Made by a program: the position numbers and the translations under genes. From a virus (Duplodnaviria > Caudoviricetes): a DNA stretch of 64,000 nt. Below the pieces are notes generated by a model. That model had not been told where the DNA came from. It worked only from the letters and a program-made list of their open reading frames with translations, and did no database searches. Within the stretch, counting starts at the first letter, position 1. Each line of letters starts with the position of its first letter. Below, piece by piece: positions 39,719 through 49,053 of the stretch. The stretch lies in IMG/VR virus record IMGVR_UViG_642791616_000001, positions 64,001 through 128,000 of that record; one strand, 5' to 3'.

Positions 39719-39871
39719 TGATATAAAGTTTTTTATATTTTTTCTTCCATGTCCATATATTAGCATCTAGGGAGGAGAAGTTTGTGGTTTTTGGATAATC
39801 TTAGTTTTTTAGACTTTTCCGAAAAATATCATAAAAAAAGACAAAAGAAAAAGGCCAGTTGGCCCGTTCTT

Positions 39872-40006
39872 TTATCCACCTACTTTTATTGCGCTTGTCT
39901 GTATTGGTGTATTTTCATCCGCTAAATCTTTTGTGGATCCTTCGGTATTAAGAAGCGAAAGAACTAATGCCCCTAAAACAAAACCCGTTAATAAAATCTT
40001 TTTCAT
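39872..40006 (-). CDS. aimP: Arbitrium signal peptide precursor (44 aa), not in ORF track
   Basis: MKKILLTGFVLGALVLSLLNTEGSTKDLADENTPIQTSAIKVGG: Sec signal plus C-terminal peptide; overlaps aimR end; followed by hairpin and U-tract. Confidence 0.88.
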   Translation of the reverse strand: MKKILLTGFVLGALVLSLLNTEGSTKDLADENTPIQTSAIKVGG

Positions 40007-41114
40007 AAACAACAGCTCCCTTAGTTTTTAATTTAATCGACTTCAAAGCATTAACCTGATCGGGGTCTACTCCAACAATACGTAGGGTTTCCGCTGCGAG
40101 TGATGCGAAGAAGAAGTTCATCTCTTTGTGGAAATGGCTAAATGCTCTATATATATCGCCCAATTCCCTCCCCTTAACGTAGTTAAAGTATACTATAAAA
40201 TCCTCATCACCTCCTAGAAGTAATCTGTCTGTAAATTTAGTTATATCCGGTAAATTTCCGCCGCTAAGGAAATCAAAAAGTGTCTTCACGAAATTTAAGT
40301 TATTCGTCGCTTCGGAAATTAAAACATCTTCTTTTGTCATTTTTGCGTAATCGACACTCTTTATTAAAAAATCAATACACGAACCCTTATCTTCATATAA
40401 GTTACACATACCTAAATAATAATAACCGTCGGATATATGCTTGTAGTTGAGTTCGGTTTCAACAAGCACATTTGCGTGTTCGCGACATAACTCTAAATCA
40501 TTTAAATGTAAATATGCCGGAGCTAACAATTCCGATAAACGATAAGAAAATGATTCTCTGAAAAATGCTCTTCTTTTTCCGATATTTTTTATAGAGTCAT
40601 TTATCTCATTAGCTACCCTTGCCATTCCCAAAAAGTCTCCTTCATAGTATAAAGAAACGCAGATGTATATATCTCTTAACACTGCGAGATCTTTAGAACT
40701 CGATACTTTTTGTTTTTTTACATTTTGGCACAATTCATTAAATTTAATTCTATCAGTCATGAAGTTCAACAAGAGGCTGTACATCTCGACGAATTGCTTA
40801 ATTCCCGGCTCTTCTTTACTTTTTTCAAGAAGCATCCCAAGTAACTCTGAATCTCTTTTTAATGCAGCGTACTCAAAAGCTTGTTTAATCCACTCAGGAG
40901 ATTCGATTTTCATACACCATTCACGCATTGTTTCGTGGTATTGTTCTTTGTAGAAGAACTTTGAAAGTGTTACTAAGTGCTTGAAGCCAATGGACCCGCT
41001 GTCGGAAAACTCGTATAATACATCTTGGTTAATTCCGGTTTTTGTGGAAATACATGCTATACTTAAGTCGTGTTTTTCTCTGAGGTTGATAAAATCATCT
41101 TTAATTGACCGCAT
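39948..41114 (-). CDS. aimR: Arbitrium receptor (HTH plus TPR, RRNPP family)
   Basis: ~390 aa, N-terminal HTH, IKQAFEYA motif, TPR helices, downstream signal peptide gene. Confidence 0.9.
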   Translation of the reverse strand: MRSIKDDFINLREKHDLSIACISTKTGINQDVLYEFSDSGSIGFKHLVTLSKFFYKEQYHETMREWCMKIESPEWIKQAFEYAALKRDSELLGMLLEKSKEEPGIKQFVEMYSLLLNFMTDRIKFNELCQNVKKQKVSSSKDLAVLRDIYICVSLYYEGDFLGMARVANEINDSIKNIGKRRAFFRESFSYRLSELLAPAYLHLNDLELCREHANVLVETELNYKHISDGYYYLGMCNLYEDKGSCIDFLIKSVDYAKMTKEDVLISEATNNLNFVKTLFDFLSGGNLPDITKFTDRLLLGGDEDFIVYFNYVKGRELGDIYRAFSHFHKEMNFFFASLAAETLRIVGVDPDQVNALKSIKLKTKGAVVYEKDFINGFCFRGISSFAS

Positions 41115-41169
41115 AATACACACCCCTTATAGACTTACGCCTTCTCTCTGTTTATACTATAACATAAAT

Positions 41170-41185
41170 GCACACTTTTGTGTGC
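41170..41185. promoter_or_regulatory. Palindrome between divergent aimR and Xre genes
   Basis: GCACAC-TTTT-GTGTGC. Confidence 0.55.
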
Positions 41186-41215
41186 GGTAATTTAAGGAAA
41201 AAAGGAGATTTTTTT

Positions 41216-41422
41216 ATGATTAGCTACGAACCGCTTAGGACTTACTTGGATGAAAGAGGGTTAACAACCGGAATTTTAAGAGATAAAGTAATACATCGGA
41301 ACCTTGTAACGAAGATTAACGAGGACAAGCCCGTTAGCTTATCGACTATCGAAGCTATTTGCCTCGAATTGGATGTGCCTATCGAAAAGGTTGTCCGTAT
41401 TCTTCCAAATCCGCCCGAATGA
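41216..41422 (+). CDS. Xre-family HTH regulator
   Basis: MISYEPL...VSLSTIEAICLELDVPIEKVV; AAGGAG RBS. Confidence 0.85.
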   Translation: MISYEPLRTYLDERGLTTGILRDKVIHRNLVTKINEDKPVSLSTIEAICLELDVPIEKVVRILPNPPE

Positions 41423-41488
41423 CGATGGAATCGGCGCGGTTATGTGGTATAATTTCCTTCGTAAAGCGCGTCATTTTGCTTTGCGGAG

Positions 41489-41731
41489 GTGTTTATCTCG
41501 CAGTATTCGGTCGTAGATTGCCGGATAAAGGAACTGTGTTATAAACGTGGTTATACGCTTATCCAACTCGCAGAAATGGTCGGAATATCTAATACGCAGC
41601 TTTCCGATTATATTTCGCTCAGAAACGTCCCTAACGTTGAAATGGCATATTCTATTGCGCGTTGCCTCGACTGCCCGGTCGAAGCATTATATAATTGGCG
41701 TCCTTTATCCGGTAGCAACACGGAGGGTTAA
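41489..41731 (+). CDS. Xre-family HTH regulator
   Basis: TLIQLAEMVGISNTQLSDY....P.VE.AYSIA..L.C.VE.LY. Confidence 0.8.
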   Translation: MFISQYSVVDCRIKELCYKRGYTLIQLAEMVGISNTQLSDYISLRNVPNVEMAYSIARCLDCPVEALYNWRPLSGSNTEG

Positions 41732-42729
41732 GACAACCTCCGCCGACCGAAAGTTCGGATATTCCCGAACCTCACGTTAATACTTACCGCCTCCGCACGA
41801 CTAACAACTCGCTTAAGAGCGCCCTCACCTTTCGCCATCAATAATTCATTCGCATCTTTGTACCCTTCCGTTATATAACCGTGCGCAAGCCTGACTTTGC
41901 CGCGCATCTTTAGCTCGACCTCCTTCCGAAGTTTTTTACCGGCTTCGTCATTGTCCGTTATTACTATTAAATATTCGATTGACGACTGCGCAATTATGTC
42001 CGCCTTCTCTGCGGAAAATTTACTGCCGCCTGTCGCAATGCCGCAATAGCCTGCCGTACGCCACGAAAGCGCATCGATTTCAGCTTCGGCAAGCACCGCT
42101 GTTTTAGCGCGATCAGCATATACGGTTTCGATTCCGTAAATAAGTTCACGAATCGGCAAGCCGCCTTTTGCGTACCAAAACGCTTTATTGCGGGTCGATC
42201 GGTACTTCACGTTTGCCAGACGCTTGTTAGGCAACCGCCACGGAATCACGGCCGTTTTTCCGATCAAGCCTACGCCTGCTTCGCGCTGGACGTCTTCGCT
42301 TATTCCGCGGTTAGTTAAGTAAGCATTCGGGCCGATTTTAACGTCGGTCAGTAAACTTTCGGCTAATGGCCGTCTAGGCTCAACGATTTTTAAACGCGGA
42401 ATGCGGAGTTTTAGGCGTTCTTCGCCTTCGCTAGTACCATAAGTCTCGGTTAGATATAAAGCCGTCTCTTCCTCGGTTTCTTCACGCAAGAATGCGAGCA
42501 GTTTAATGAATCCGCCACGTTCGCCCGTGCCGCTGTCTCCGAAATATCCGGCCTTGGCTGTCGAGGTGTCTTCGTAATAAACATAAAAACTAGGAGTACG
42601 GTCATCGCGAAAAGGGCTTGCCGCCGTTAATCGGTCAGCGTGCCACGTAGGACGATCCCATTCAAAAAGTTCTAATTCTTCGCGTATGTCGACGTCCGTC
42701 GGGACGCCATTAATCGTAATGATCGACAT
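41728..42729 (-). CDS. DNA primase (TOPRIM)
   Basis: SPFRDDRTPSF, EAEIDALS, DNDEAG, KDANE. Confidence 0.88.
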   Translation of the reverse strand: MSIITINGVPTDVDIREELELFEWDRPTWHADRLTAASPFRDDRTPSFYVYYEDTSTAKAGYFGDSGTGERGGFIKLLAFLREETEEETALYLTETYGTSEGEERLKLRIPRLKIVEPRRPLAESLLTDVKIGPNAYLTNRGISEDVQREAGVGLIGKTAVIPWRLPNKRLANVKYRSTRNKAFWYAKGGLPIRELIYGIETVYADRAKTAVLAEAEIDALSWRTAGYCGIATGGSKFSAEKADIIAQSSIEYLIVITDNDEAGKKLRKEVELKMRGKVRLAHGYITEGYKDANELLMAKGEGALKRVVSRAEAVSINVRFGNIRTFGRRRLS

Positions 42730-42851
42730 GTATATACGACTCCTTTCGTTATATTACACTAAACCAATCGACATTGTAGTCGTAATTTGTCGAAAAAATT
42801 CAGAATTATTTAGTGTAATTGTTGGTACGTATTACATTTAAAACCATATCG

Positions 42852-44243
42852 CTAGAAACCGTAGGCTTTTAACTCAATCTCTCCGGCTGCCACCTGCTTG
42901 ATTAGCCCGACTTGCGGAAGATAGACGATCTCGACGACTTCATCCTCTCCTCCGTCACGTCCTTTATTTACGCCGATCAAACCGCGTCCTTCCTTTGCAT
43001 TCGTATCAACCGGTATCAGCACCGCCGCATCTTCCAGTAAAGCCGACGTTTTCTTTACGTCCTTACGCTTCGGCAACTTAATTTCGCGATTACCAGCTTC
43101 GTCTTCGGTTGCGTCATCTTCTCCGGCTTGTGTGATAGCGAAAATGACAACGTCCATTGTCCCGGCTAAACGGCGCATCTTCTTCGATGTATCGGCGGCT
43201 GCCCCGCCCGTCGTCTTATTCGAGTTGGACTCGTAATCTAAGTAATAAAACGGGTCGACCATCACGACGTCCGCTTTCGTTTGCTCAATGTCCGCTTTAA
43301 GGTCTTTTAGCGAACGAGAATCGAAGTCTTTGTCGTCAACTGCACGCACTGTAATAGAACCGTCGATAATCGTATTTAACGTCTCGATAAAGTCCATAAA
43401 GGCCGCCTCGAATTCCTCCGATAACTTGCCCTGGCGAACTGACCTCGAATCAAATCCGGCCTCCATTTGCTGACCGTCAATTTCGGTTAAAGCGACGCCC
43501 TGATCCCCGGAAAGTGAAACGTAGATGCGAACGAGAACTTCGAACCAGCCCATCTCCATCGACCATATGAGCGTATTTGCGCCTTGAATTGCGCAGTGAA
43601 TGACTTCTTCCAGCGTAATCGCCGACTTGCCGCGTCCCGATTTTCCGTAGACAACGTACATGTTCGAACTGACATAGCCGCCGATTGCCGTATTAAGCGC
43701 CGGAAACTTGCTGTTCCAAATACGAAATGACTCGCCGGACTTCCGTTTTTCATATTCGGCACGAAATTTATCGACGTCTGTCACGACGTTTGTTCCTACT
43801 GTTTTACGAACGCTTGTTCTCATTATACTCTGTTCCGCGACGGTTTTCAACCAATCAAATAACTCCTGCGGATTTCCACTTTCCTGCGCGCGGTTGAACC
43901 GTTGAACAAAGTCTGAGTCCGCCGTCTTGACACCGTTCGCTCCGTATTTATCATTAAATTTCGAAGCGAAATCGTTCATCACCGCAGCTTCCTTCGCCTT
44001 CTTCGCTAAGTATTCAAAGGTCGCGTCAATACTAAATTCCGGCTGGAATGTCGGCACTTCGGTCGCTACCATTTCGGCGGTCGGCGCTTGGTTTCCGTGC
44101 TTTTCCGCATATGCGCTGATGTATTCGAAGGCTGCCCGTTCGCCATCCGTTTGAAAATCTTTGCGCGTTAAGCCGTAGCGCAATAAGGCCGACGGGTCGT
44201 TCGCTTCGATTACTTTCGATAAAAGACTAGTTCCGAAACTCAT
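42852..44243 (-). CDS. DnaB-like replicative helicase
   Basis: GKSGRGKS, SMEM, VDPFY, ITQ, KGRDG. Confidence 0.92.
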   Translation of the reverse strand: MSFGTSLLSKVIEANDPSALLRYGLTRKDFQTDGERAAFEYISAYAEKHGNQAPTAEMVATEVPTFQPEFSIDATFEYLAKKAKEAAVMNDFASKFNDKYGANGVKTADSDFVQRFNRAQESGNPQELFDWLKTVAEQSIMRTSVRKTVGTNVVTDVDKFRAEYEKRKSGESFRIWNSKFPALNTAIGGYVSSNMYVVYGKSGRGKSAITLEEVIHCAIQGANTLIWSMEMGWFEVLVRIYVSLSGDQGVALTEIDGQQMEAGFDSRSVRQGKLSEEFEAAFMDFIETLNTIIDGSITVRAVDDKDFDSRSLKDLKADIEQTKADVVMVDPFYYLDYESNSNKTTGGAAADTSKKMRRLAGTMDVVIFAITQAGEDDATEDEAGNREIKLPKRKDVKKTSALLEDAAVLIPVDTNAKEGRGLIGVNKGRDGGEDEVVEIVYLPQVGLIKQVAAGEIELKAYGF

Positions 44244-44872
44244 CGGCGTTCAGCTCCCTCGACTGTCAATCGCGCCATAGTTTCGTCCATTTTCGCCTTA
44301 AACGTCAATTCACCCGTCTTTTCATATTGCGCTTTATACCAGTTGTAGATGTCGAGCAAATTATCGGTTTGTTCCGTTGCATCTTTACGTTCCTGTTTAC
44401 GCTTTTGTACTCGGCTCATTATCGGCTGCTCTTTTGCCGCCATTTCCTCCGCCTCCGTTTCGTAGTTTATTAGATAAACAGTACTTCTAGCCGGCGGATA
44501 GTCTTCGAGGTTGAAGTCCACCAAGAAATCCTCCGCAACAAGCGCGTTAGCTAACAACGTCATGTCCGCCTCGAACGCTTCTAGCCACTCGCCGTTAATC
44601 GCGTCGTACAGGTCGTATTCTATGAAGTTAAAGACGGCCTCTTTCGACGTTTCCTCGATGTACCGCGCGCAGTCAATGTAAAAGACGCGTCCTTCGTAGC
44701 CGCCGACCGAAACTAGATCGCCAGTTTTATAGGCCGGCGTGTGGTCCGCAAATTCTAGCGCATCGAGTTTATCGAAGATGGCGAGTTTTGCTGCGCCTTC
44801 TCCGTTAGCCAACGAATCCGCAACGAGCAGGTCGCGTAGGTACTGAATTTCCGTCAATGATAAGCCGCTCAT
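44240..44872 (-). CDS. Hypothetical protein (IDEAL-like C-terminus)
   Basis: DNLLD.YN motif. Confidence 0.6.
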   Translation of the reverse strand: MSGLSLTEIQYLRDLLVADSLANGEGAAKLAIFDKLDALEFADHTPAYKTGDLVSVGGYEGRVFYIDCARYIEETSKEAVFNFIEYDLYDAINGEWLEAFEADMTLLANALVAEDFLVDFNLEDYPPARSTVYLINYETEAEEMAAKEQPIMSRVQKRKQERKDATEQTDNLLDIYNWYKAQYEKTGELTFKAKMDETMARLTVEGAERR

Positions 44873-45634
44873 TTACAGCCGCCTCCTTTTTGATCCGCCC
44901 GCAAAGACGATTTCTCTGCACTGGTCGGCGATCCGGTCCGCCAGTCGAGCTTCTCCGAACACTTCCGGCAGGTCTGCCATTTTAATGTTCGACGTATAAA
45001 CGGTCGGCATTCGGTTAGTCACGCGATAGTTGATTATCGTATGCAAATCGCCGCGAAATCCTTCCGTTACGTCTCTCATGCCTATTTCGTCCAGCACTGC
45101 GAAAGGTGCCCGTTTTGCCGCTTCTAGCGCCTCGTAATATCTTTTAGCCGCCGGCTCTGCGATTGAGTCCGGAACTCGCGGTCTATTAAACTCGTTGTAT
45201 TCGTTCTGCCACGCGTTGACGTCGAGGAAATACGCCGGTCGCTGGTCGGGCTGAACGCCCCGTTTTAAGGCGCCAATGTAATGGACCGTTAAATATTCGT
45301 TTAACAGAGCTGCCGCCGTCGTCGTTTTACCGGTGCCTGATTTCGCGCTGTATAAATATAGCGATTTAATACGTTCAGCATCAGCATCGAATTGGCGGTC
45401 GAACGTCTGCGCATATACATCGGCCGCCTTGTAAGCTCCGGATTGGTCGGCACGTGCCGGCGAATTCTTAAGCGTCACTAGCCGATAGTCTTCCGCCAAT
45501 CCAGCCGCGCCCGACCGTCCGCCTCCGCCATCTAAACCGTGCAAGCCGAGGTATAATTCGCAGTGTTTCGTACAATTAACGCCGCCAGCTTGGGCGCATT
45601 TGCTTGCGAGTAGGCATCGTGATTCATTCGTCAT
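44873..45634 (-). CDS. DnaC/IstB-like helicase loader ATPase
   Basis: GTGKT, LDEIG, IINYR, YTSN, RLADRI. Confidence 0.88.
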   Translation of the reverse strand: MTNESRCLLASKCAQAGGVNCTKHCELYLGLHGLDGGGGRSGAAGLAEDYRLVTLKNSPARADQSGAYKAADVYAQTFDRQFDADAERIKSLYLYSAKSGTGKTTTAAALLNEYLTVHYIGALKRGVQPDQRPAYFLDVNAWQNEYNEFNRPRVPDSIAEPAAKRYYEALEAAKRAPFAVLDEIGMRDVTEGFRGDLHTIINYRVTNRMPTVYTSNIKMADLPEVFGEARLADRIADQCREIVFAGGSKRRRL

Positions 45635-45821
45635 TCATAGCCGCCTCCTTTCGGTCAATTCGTTTCCGTAAAGTTCGTTCGTGTTTTGAGCGCATCTTTT
45701 TATCTTCGCCCTTAACGCGTTGTTCATTGAAGTTCGCTTTCCAACCGCCACCGGTATAATACCAATCGACGCCGCCATAGCTCTTTCTTCCACCTGTTTT
45801 AAGCCATCGATGAAGCGTCAA
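45624..45821 (-). CDS. Small basic hypothetical protein
   Basis: ORF track, RBS. Confidence 0.5.
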   Translation of the reverse strand: MTLHRWLKTGGRKSYGGVDWYYTGGGWKANFNEQRVKGEDKKMRSKHERTLRKRIDRKEAAMNDE

Positions 45822-45918
45822 TCGAGCGCCTCCTTTGCGTTAAATTTCCGATAACAACCTTCGCAAAGTTAGCCCACTTACCCGCGTCAATCATCCGTTT
45901 ACCTCCGTCCTTGAATCG

Positions 45919-46131
45919 TCAGTTTTTAGGAAAGAATAGATGCGGAACGATGTACGGTTCTTTTCCGTCGCCGCTATCCGACACCGACATGATCATGTTT
46001 TTTATTCGATGATGCTTCGGAATCTCATGAAATAGCGCATCATAGCCGTTTAACTCTTCCGAAATCTCTATCGTTTCGTCGAGGTAGTACTTACCTCTCG
46101 TTCTGAAGTACGTTACATTCACCGTTTTCAT
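45919..46131 (-). CDS. Hypothetical protein
   Basis: YF...GKYY motif. Confidence 0.55.
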   Translation of the reverse strand: MKTVNVTYFRTRGKYYLDETIEISEELNGYDALFHEIPKHHRIKNMIMSVSDSGDGKEPYIVPHLFFPKN

Positions 46132-46952
46132 TCGTCCTCACCCGCTCTCGAATCGTCAATGATTACAAGTTCGGCATTACTTATGAAATCAAATCCGTCG
46201 TCATAGTAATACGCTCCATCTTTAATGTTTTTTATTGTTTCTTCGTAGAACTCAACTCCGTTTGCTTGCCTTCCCCTAACAAAGTCACCCACACGTACTT
46301 CAGTCGGTTGTGGCGTATATAGATATTCCGCAGGCACTTCGAGACCTAGCGCACGTCTCAGCGCGATAGCCTTACCGATGTGTGCGTTGAAGCAATCGAC
46401 AGGAGCGCATTTAGCGATTCCATAAAACGCTTTGCGACTATTCGGTACTTTAGCCGTAACTTCAACGGATCTGTTTTCCGCGTTAACACTGATCTCGATA
46501 TTAAACGCCTTTGATAATCGATTACGCATTTTCAGCGTTTCGACGTCCTCCTTCGCCTTCTCGATGATCTCATCCCGTTTCTGTTGGTCGGACTTCTCAT
46601 GCGTACCATGCGCCGCCTCAATTTCCGCATCGAAACGCCCTTGGTCGTAGCCTAGCTTATATGAACGTGTTCTGAGCGCCTTCATTGTGTCCTCGACTAG
46701 CGCGATTAATTCGTCATAGTCCATTTCGTCAAGGTTCGGGATTGGCGGGTGTTCTCCGATGATGACTTCGTACTCTTCGTGGTATATGATGCGCCCAATG
46801 TCATCATGTACCGCGTCGTCGCCACGTAATGAGCCCACACGGAGCACTGCTCCATTTTCATAGCGGGTCTCCATCACATTTACGTCCGTAATCAAAATAT
46901 GCTCGCCTACGTTTGCTTTACGTTTCTCCGTCTTATAATTAGGTTGCGTCAT
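46128..46952 (-). CDS. Hypothetical phage protein
   Basis: KRKANVGEHILIT repeat domain; GIAKCAP.D.FN.HIGKAIAL.RA. Confidence 0.7.
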   Translation of the reverse strand: MTQPNYKTEKRKANVGEHILITDVNVMETRYENGAVLRVGSLRGDDAVHDDIGRIIYHEEYEVIIGEHPPIPNLDEMDYDELIALVEDTMKALRTRSYKLGYDQGRFDAEIEAAHGTHEKSDQQKRDEIIEKAKEDVETLKMRNRLSKAFNIEISVNAENRSVEVTAKVPNSRKAFYGIAKCAPVDCFNAHIGKAIALRRALGLEVPAEYLYTPQPTEVRVGDFVRGRQANGVEFYEETIKNIKDGAYYYDDGFDFISNAELVIIDDSRAGEDE

Positions 46953-46953
46953 A

Positions 46954-47316
46954 TCAAAACATCTCCCCGTAGTTTATTTGCGACTGTTCCGCCGCCCTTT
47001 TATCGTCTTCTTCCGTCTGTTGAGCCGTCTTCTGCTTCGCAAGCAACGGCGGCAGGTGCCGGTCTCGCATATACGAAAACATAAAGCCGAAGTTGCAGCC
47101 GGGCCATTGAGCCGTCGGCTTCTTAGCCGCAAAGCAAGCGTCAATGAAGTCACGTACGATAACCGCCCCATATTCGTCGATCATCGTCTTTAGGTTCCGC
47201 GCTTCCATGCCGCGGTTGTTTGCGACGTATTTGATGCCGTAGACTTCGGGGTGGCGGTCGTGCAGATAAACGATGAAGTCGCGTGCCGTCCATTTTCCGA
47301 TAGGCTTTTCGTTCAT
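46954..47316 (-). CDS. Replisome-organizer C-terminal-like protein
   Basis: Helical DnaD-C-like pattern LK.MI.EYG...V..FID; located in replication operon. Confidence 0.45.
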   Translation of the reverse strand: MNEKPIGKWTARDFIVYLHDRHPEVYGIKYVANNRGMEARNLKTMIDEYGAVIVRDFIDACFAAKKPTAQWPGCNFGFMFSYMRDRHLPPLLAKQKTAQQTEEDDKRAAEQSQINYGEMF

Positions 47317-47328
47317 GAATATCGCCTC

Positions 47329-47526
47329 CTAATCTTCGATTGATTCCGTCTCTACGGTTATTCCGTTTATACGCTTCTCTGAATAATCGTGATCATTACC
47401 AGCTATATCAACGCTCCCATTATACGTATAGACGCTGTACGCAATTGATTTAACGCGCTGACCAAATTTCGATAAATCATTGTCAATAAGGCGCTTTATA
47501 TCCGTAAGTACGTACGTCATTTTCAT
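47329..47526 (-). CDS. Hypothetical protein
   Basis: ORF track. Confidence 0.5.
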   Translation of the reverse strand: MKMTYVLTDIKRLIDNDLSKFGQRVKSIAYSVYTYNGSVDIAGNDHDYSEKRINGITVETESIED

Positions 47527-47867
47527 TACGCATTCACCCCTTCGATTTTGATGCCAAGATGGTCGAGCGTTTGTTTGATTCCGTTTGAAACGCCCGCCGT
47601 GTAATAATCGTCATCACTAAACGGCTTCGACCTTTCGTGTTTGGCGTAATTAGCTTCGTAGTAATCTCGTACCTTTTGTTCCGGCGACTTTGTGACTTCA
47701 TATCCGTTGATTAACGCAGCCGCTAATGAAACGCGACTTAAATCGTTCAGTACTGCGCAATGCCTGACATATACGCCAAAGTGACTCAAAATATATTCGT
47801 CATCCCTACCGAGTCCTCTTAAATATGATATAGCCTTCGCCTGCTCTTTCGTGATTTCCGGCTTCAT
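47526..47867 (-). CDS. DUF1642-like phage protein
   Basis: ITKEQAKAI...LAAALINGYEV. Confidence 0.6.
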   Translation of the reverse strand: MKPEITKEQAKAISYLRGLGRDDEYILSHFGVYVRHCAVLNDLSRVSLAAALINGYEVTKSPEQKVRDYYEANYAKHERSKPFSDDDYYTAGVSNGIKQTLDHLGIKIEGVNA

Positions 47868-48091
47868 TTTAACGCCTCCTTCATTCGGTTTAATACGAAT
47901 CTAACGTAATCCTTAACGTGCTCCGGCGAACCGATCGCGAGTAAATGTTCGGTCGCATTCCGGTCATCAAATTCCTCCGGCATCATATCTCGTATACGAG
48001 CGAGGTGATCTACGTATTTTTCATTCTCCGCAATCAGCGCCGCCATTGCCTGACGTAATTCTGCGATTTCTTGATCCTTCGTTTTAGCCAC
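47864..48091 (-). CDS. Hypothetical protein
   Basis: GTG start behind AGGAGG. Confidence 0.55.
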   Translation of the reverse strand: MAKTKDQEIAELRQAMAALIAENEKYVDHLARIRDMMPEEFDDRNATEHLLAIGSPEHVKDYVRFVLNRMKEALK

Positions 48092-48114
48092 GATTTAACC
48101 GCCTCCTAGCCGTT

Positions 48115-48450
48115 TTATTTGACCGTAGTAGTAGCGCCCTCGATCGTCAGTGCCTCCGCTAATTCCGTGCGAAATTCCCGTACCATTTGCGCGATCTCGG
48201 CGAGTGAAGTCGCATCCGACGTTTTGATCTGTCGGTTCATTACGTCTAGAACGGCGCGATCAACCGTAGGGTGATACGAAACTTCTCGCCAGCGTTCGAC
48301 GGGCGTCGGGTCGGCGTCAGGGTTCTCGGCCAGTTTCTTCGCCCAGCCCGGCGCTTTGGTCGGGTCGGTGAAATAGCGCTCGTTGACGATGATATTGTGG
48401 GCGTCTGATGTAAGGCGGTAATCGGGTGATAACGGAATATTAATCGACAT
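48115..48450 (-). CDS. Hypothetical phage protein
   Basis: YRLTSD..N.I..E, W....Y motif. Confidence 0.65.
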   Translation of the reverse strand: MSINIPLSPDYRLTSDAHNIIVNERYFTDPTKAPGWAKKLAENPDADPTPVERWREVSYHPTVDRAVLDVMNRQIKTSDATSLAEIAQMVREFRTELAEALTIEGATTTVK

Positions 48451-48664
48451 GATTATCGAACTCCTTTTCGTTAGATTCGACTAATTGCATTACGTCCGAA
48501 AAATACGGCTCATCACGATTAATAACTACGTAATCATTTACTGGACGTTTTCCTTGAATCGTCCTATTAAGCATAATTTCGACTTGCATGTCGTATAAAT
48601 GACGCTTTTGTTCGTCTGTTGCGTACCGATCTATTTCGGATTTCTTTAAGACTACGTATGACAT
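48440..48664 (-). CDS. Hypothetical protein
   Basis: MSYVVLK...GKRPVNDYVVINRDEPY; AAGGAG RBS. Confidence 0.55.
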   Translation of the reverse strand: MSYVVLKKSEIDRYATDEQKRHLYDMQVEIMLNRTIQGKRPVNDYVVINRDEPYFSDVMQLVESNEKEFDNHVD

Positions 48665-48889
48665 ACGATCACTCCTTTCGTTTATTAGTCGCAATACTTT
48701 GTCGCTTAAATCAGCTACCTTTAATTTTACGCCGTCTTTAAATTGCGCCTGAGTGCTCGGGTGTAGTTCGGTAAGTGCTTCGTATATAGTAACGAGTTCA
48801 TGTTTCGTAAACATAACGCACCTCTTTCCGTTTATTATTAAGACCGTAGCAATTCGTTCGCTTACGCTCACTCTTTGCAAATATCCTTT

Positions 48890-49053
48890 ATCGCGATAGA
48901 TATATCCTTTAAGTAATTATTTGCGCGAAAGGTTTTGATTGAGCGCTATTATTTATCTAGTTATTAATGGCTCTAGTTAAAAGATGGTTCTAGTTAGTGT
49001 AAAGCCGAGCCGTGTACGGGTCAGCCGTATATGGGTAGACGATACACGGCGTT
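48890..49053. repeat. Iteron-like repeats, candidate phage replication origin
   Basis: TCTAGTTA x3, GCCGT(G/A)TA x2 plus inverted TACACGGC, ATATCCTTTA x2, adjacent AT-rich tract. Confidence 0.6.
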
